Source of the DNA: Candidatus Bathyarchaeota archaeon
GTDB lineage: Archaea > Thermoproteota > Bathyarchaeia > Bathyarchaeales > Bathycorpusculaceae
NCBI GenBank assembly: GCA_963775465.1
Contig: CAVZIW010000006.1
Span: 128,001 to 192,000, forward strand
Direction of reading: 5' to 3'
Length of the DNA stretch: 64,000 bases
In this document: positions 61,966 to 64,000 of the stretch, piece after piece
How positions within the stretch are numbered: the stretch's first letter is position 1
How the letters are laid out: each line of letters starts with the position of its first letter
Made by a program: the position numbers and the translations under genes
Notes under the pieces: generated by a model
Databases searched by the model: none
The model's input: the letters and a program-made list of their open reading frames with translations, nothing else
What the model was told of the DNA's origin: nothing

Positions 61966-62031
61966 CACAACTCAAATCGCCCCTATCTTTTTTTGTTACC
62001 TGCTATGCCAGGTTTTCTATTTTGTACATAG

Positions 62032-62280
62032 CTTTACGAAGAGAAAATTAGGACAGCCGATTTAAATTCCAAATTAACAATTTTAGCCTATGAATTAGGA
62101 TTTAATCCATCAAAAATCTGCGAAAGCGCCTTAAAACTTGCCATAAGGCGACTACAAGGGTTAAACCAAAATGATCGAATGGTGGACGAGGCGGGATTTG
62201 AACCCGCGACCTCCACGATGCCAACGTGGCGATCATACCAGACTGATCTACTCGCCCAAACTGTCCGGATTCTATTCTAA
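62032..62280 (+). mobile_element. Remnant N-terminal fragment of an SSV1-type split integrase or CcdA-like RHH gene overlapping tRNA-Ala
   Basis: Start-less open frame LAYELGFNPSKICESALKLAIRRLQG...MVDEAGFEPATS reading antisense through the tRNA. Confidence 0.45.
62180..62257 (-). tRNA. tRNA-Ala(GGC)
   Basis: CCACG-TT GGC AT-CGTGG; G3:U70; encoded CCA. Confidence 0.96.
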
Positions 62281-62573
62281 AATCCGCCTCATTTAATAAG
62301 CGTTTCTTAAGCCTGATATGGAGAGTTGCCGAAAAAGCCTCCGCTACCTCTTGGGGCTTTTTCTTTCTTAAATCAAGTTTGCAGAAAGCTTCAGTGCCTA
62401 AAAGCATTTTGGGATAGTAAAATTTAAAGAGTCACAGGACAGCCAGTTATAATTATAATTTTTCCCTCTTGTGCTCTACTAAGATATGTAGCTTAGAGGA
62501 ACCGCAGAAAGTTAAGACAACTTTGAAGCCCTTAAAGCCTACACAAAGAGCTAAAGAATGTCATTGAGTTTTG

Positions 62574-63407
62574 TTATAGCCCTATGGCTCTTTTTATAGA
62601 GGAGATAAACCAGAGAAACCCATACGCCAAACGGGACACCCAATCTTCCGGCGGCGGAAAATACAGCAGATACGGCTCCTTGAAGGGGTCGGACAGGTCA
62701 TGACCAAACCTATTTGTTGCATACAGGTAATACCATTTCTCAAGCAATGCCCGGTCAAGCCTTTCCAGTTTTGGATTTAGCCTAATTTTTTCATCTTCCA
62801 AAAGCTGCCGTTTCAACCCTGCAAAAACGTGGTAACAATTTAAAATAACCACAGGCGGACGCCCATCTTCTAGCAACAACTGCTCTATGGGTATCTGTCG
62901 AATCTGAGTAGCATTGTTTTGCCCCATCTTGCCCCCCCAAGGATAGGTCTTCTCAGAAGCTGTAGTATAAACTACTGTTCTAAAAGACGCTGAAGAAATT
63001 TCCATGTAGACTTCGACGCCGTGTCCTCCGTTCTCAATAGGTCCAGTTGATGACACTACGATTCTATCTAGTTTGCCGCTCTCCAAGTTGAAGTGGACTT
63101 GAATCTGCTCGTAATCATGGTCATGGTCTTTGTTGAGTTCCTGCCAACTGCAATCTTGACGCCTCCAGTACACTTCATAAATTACTGCGAGCTGCTTTGA
63201 CGGTTTAAAAATCAACCTGTAAGCAATCATGTCCGGCGGGTAGGGGAAGCTACCGTAGCTACGGGGATCATACAGTACAGGCATATAGTCTAGAGCTAAT
63301 TGATCACTGTACCCCACATATAAGCCAGTTGGGACAAACGGGTCTTTGGGGTCGTATTCAACATTGTACTGTTTGTCTTCAAGAGTCAACAAGGCGTTTT
63401 CTACCAT
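62574..63407 (-). CDS. Hypothetical protein with NPP1/Vps62-like motif
   Basis: AVIYEVYWRRQD...DHDHDYEQIQV. Confidence 0.7.
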   Translation of the reverse strand: MVENALLTLEDKQYNVEYDPKDPFVPTGLYVGYSDQLALDYMPVLYDPRSYGSFPYPPDMIAYRLIFKPSKQLAVIYEVYWRRQDCSWQELNKDHDHDYEQIQVHFNLESGKLDRIVVSSTGPIENGGHGVEVYMEISSASFRTVVYTTASEKTYPWGGKMGQNNATQIRQIPIEQLLLEDGRPPVVILNCYHVFAGLKRQLLEDEKIRLNPKLERLDRALLEKWYYLYATNRFGHDLSDPFKEPYLLYFPPPEDWVSRLAYGFLWFISSIKRAIGL

Positions 63408-63455
63408 CACTTCCCCCCCAGACAAGTACTTTAACCCAAAAATGGGCCGATGCCA

Positions 63456-64000
63456 CTAATGGGGGCTTATTTGGAGCCTACGCTTCACAGGGATCGTTTT
63501 TGCGGATTTAGTTGTTGCTTGCCGAGTCAGCTGGGGCTCGTTAGGTTTAGCGCGATCTTCTGGCTTGATAAGCTCAATTCTTATGCGGGACGGCACCTTT
63601 AAGCAGAAAATTAAAGCTTGAGCGGGGTTGATGCAAATTTTGGCTGGCGTTATGGCGCATTCACTGCATTCCACCGATTGAGGCGGCGCGTTTCGAGGTG
63701 TTTTTCCAATTTCAGGATAGACTATTTTAAGTTCCGCTTGTGTTTTATTGAGTGTGTTTCGGATTAGGTAGCTACCTGGTCGGAGAAGTGTGGCTATGTA
63801 GAGGTCTTCAGCTTTCAGTTCGAGGCTGTCGAAAACTTTTGCTGCGTTGTCCTTGTTTGTCTTGTGGATTTCTAAGCTGTAGCCTCCGGCACCTGAAGAC
63901 ACATAGAACAATGCGGTTCCGCCAGTTTTTAGCGTATAGCAGTTGCATTTTTCGCTCTCGAAATGTTTTTGCGGAGGCAGTTCAAGCGGCTGTAAGTCGA
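63456..64000 (-). CDS. Hypothetical protein (partial; 5' end beyond window)
   Basis: Frame open from 63998 (DLQPLELPPQKHF...) to the stop at 63456. Confidence 0.7.
   Translation of the reverse strand, partial: DLQPLELPPQKHFESEKCNCYTLKTGGTALFYVSSGAGGYSLEIHKTNKDNAAKVFDSLELKAEDLYIATLLRPGSYLIRNTLNKTQAELKIVYPEIGKTPRNAPPQSVECSECAITPAKICINPAQALIFCLKVPSRIRIELIKPEDRAKPNEPQLTRQATTKSAKTIPVKRRLQISPH

Noticed and set aside
1-64000. CRISPR array, rRNA, IS element, tRNA introns
   Set aside because: No regularly spaced repeats, rRNA sequence, transposase or BHB-interrupted tRNA seen by eye

Overview
Archaeal chromosomal window, AT-rich in its intergenic regions. It is most consistent with Bathyarchaeia (TACK), inferred from eL22, an HdrA-MvhD fusion, mch, archaeal citG, Nre, PadR/TrmB/KaiC families and GGAGGTGA SD motifs. 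It carries about 55 CDS: housekeeping genes (lig, trxA, pheS/pheT, rps12/rps7, DRG GTPase), H4MPT/redox genes, transporters and regulators. There are four intron-less, CCA-encoding tRNAs (Ile-GAU, Arg-UCG, Asp-GUC, Ala-GGC). No CRISPR array, rRNA or intact transposase/integrase was seen. Main points of interest: (1) citG sits head-to-head with three diverged Pol-beta-type nucleotidyltransferase paralogues, suggesting a CitG/CitX-like or methanopterin-tailoring system. (2) An unannotated C/D-box sRNA upstream of eL22 has a D guide that points, by the N+5 rule, at 16S C1402. (3) A structured, possibly pseudoknotted RNA lies upstream of tRNA-Arg. (4) An SSV1-like integrase-N/CcdA remnant reads antisense through tRNA-Ala. 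(5) Other items: a 4xCBS-HPF hibernation factor, probable ATT start codons, a pseudo-KaiC/7TM/KaiC module, two single-base frameshifts and several unannotated zinc-finger micro-proteins. All family assignments come from motif recognition by eye; no searches were run.
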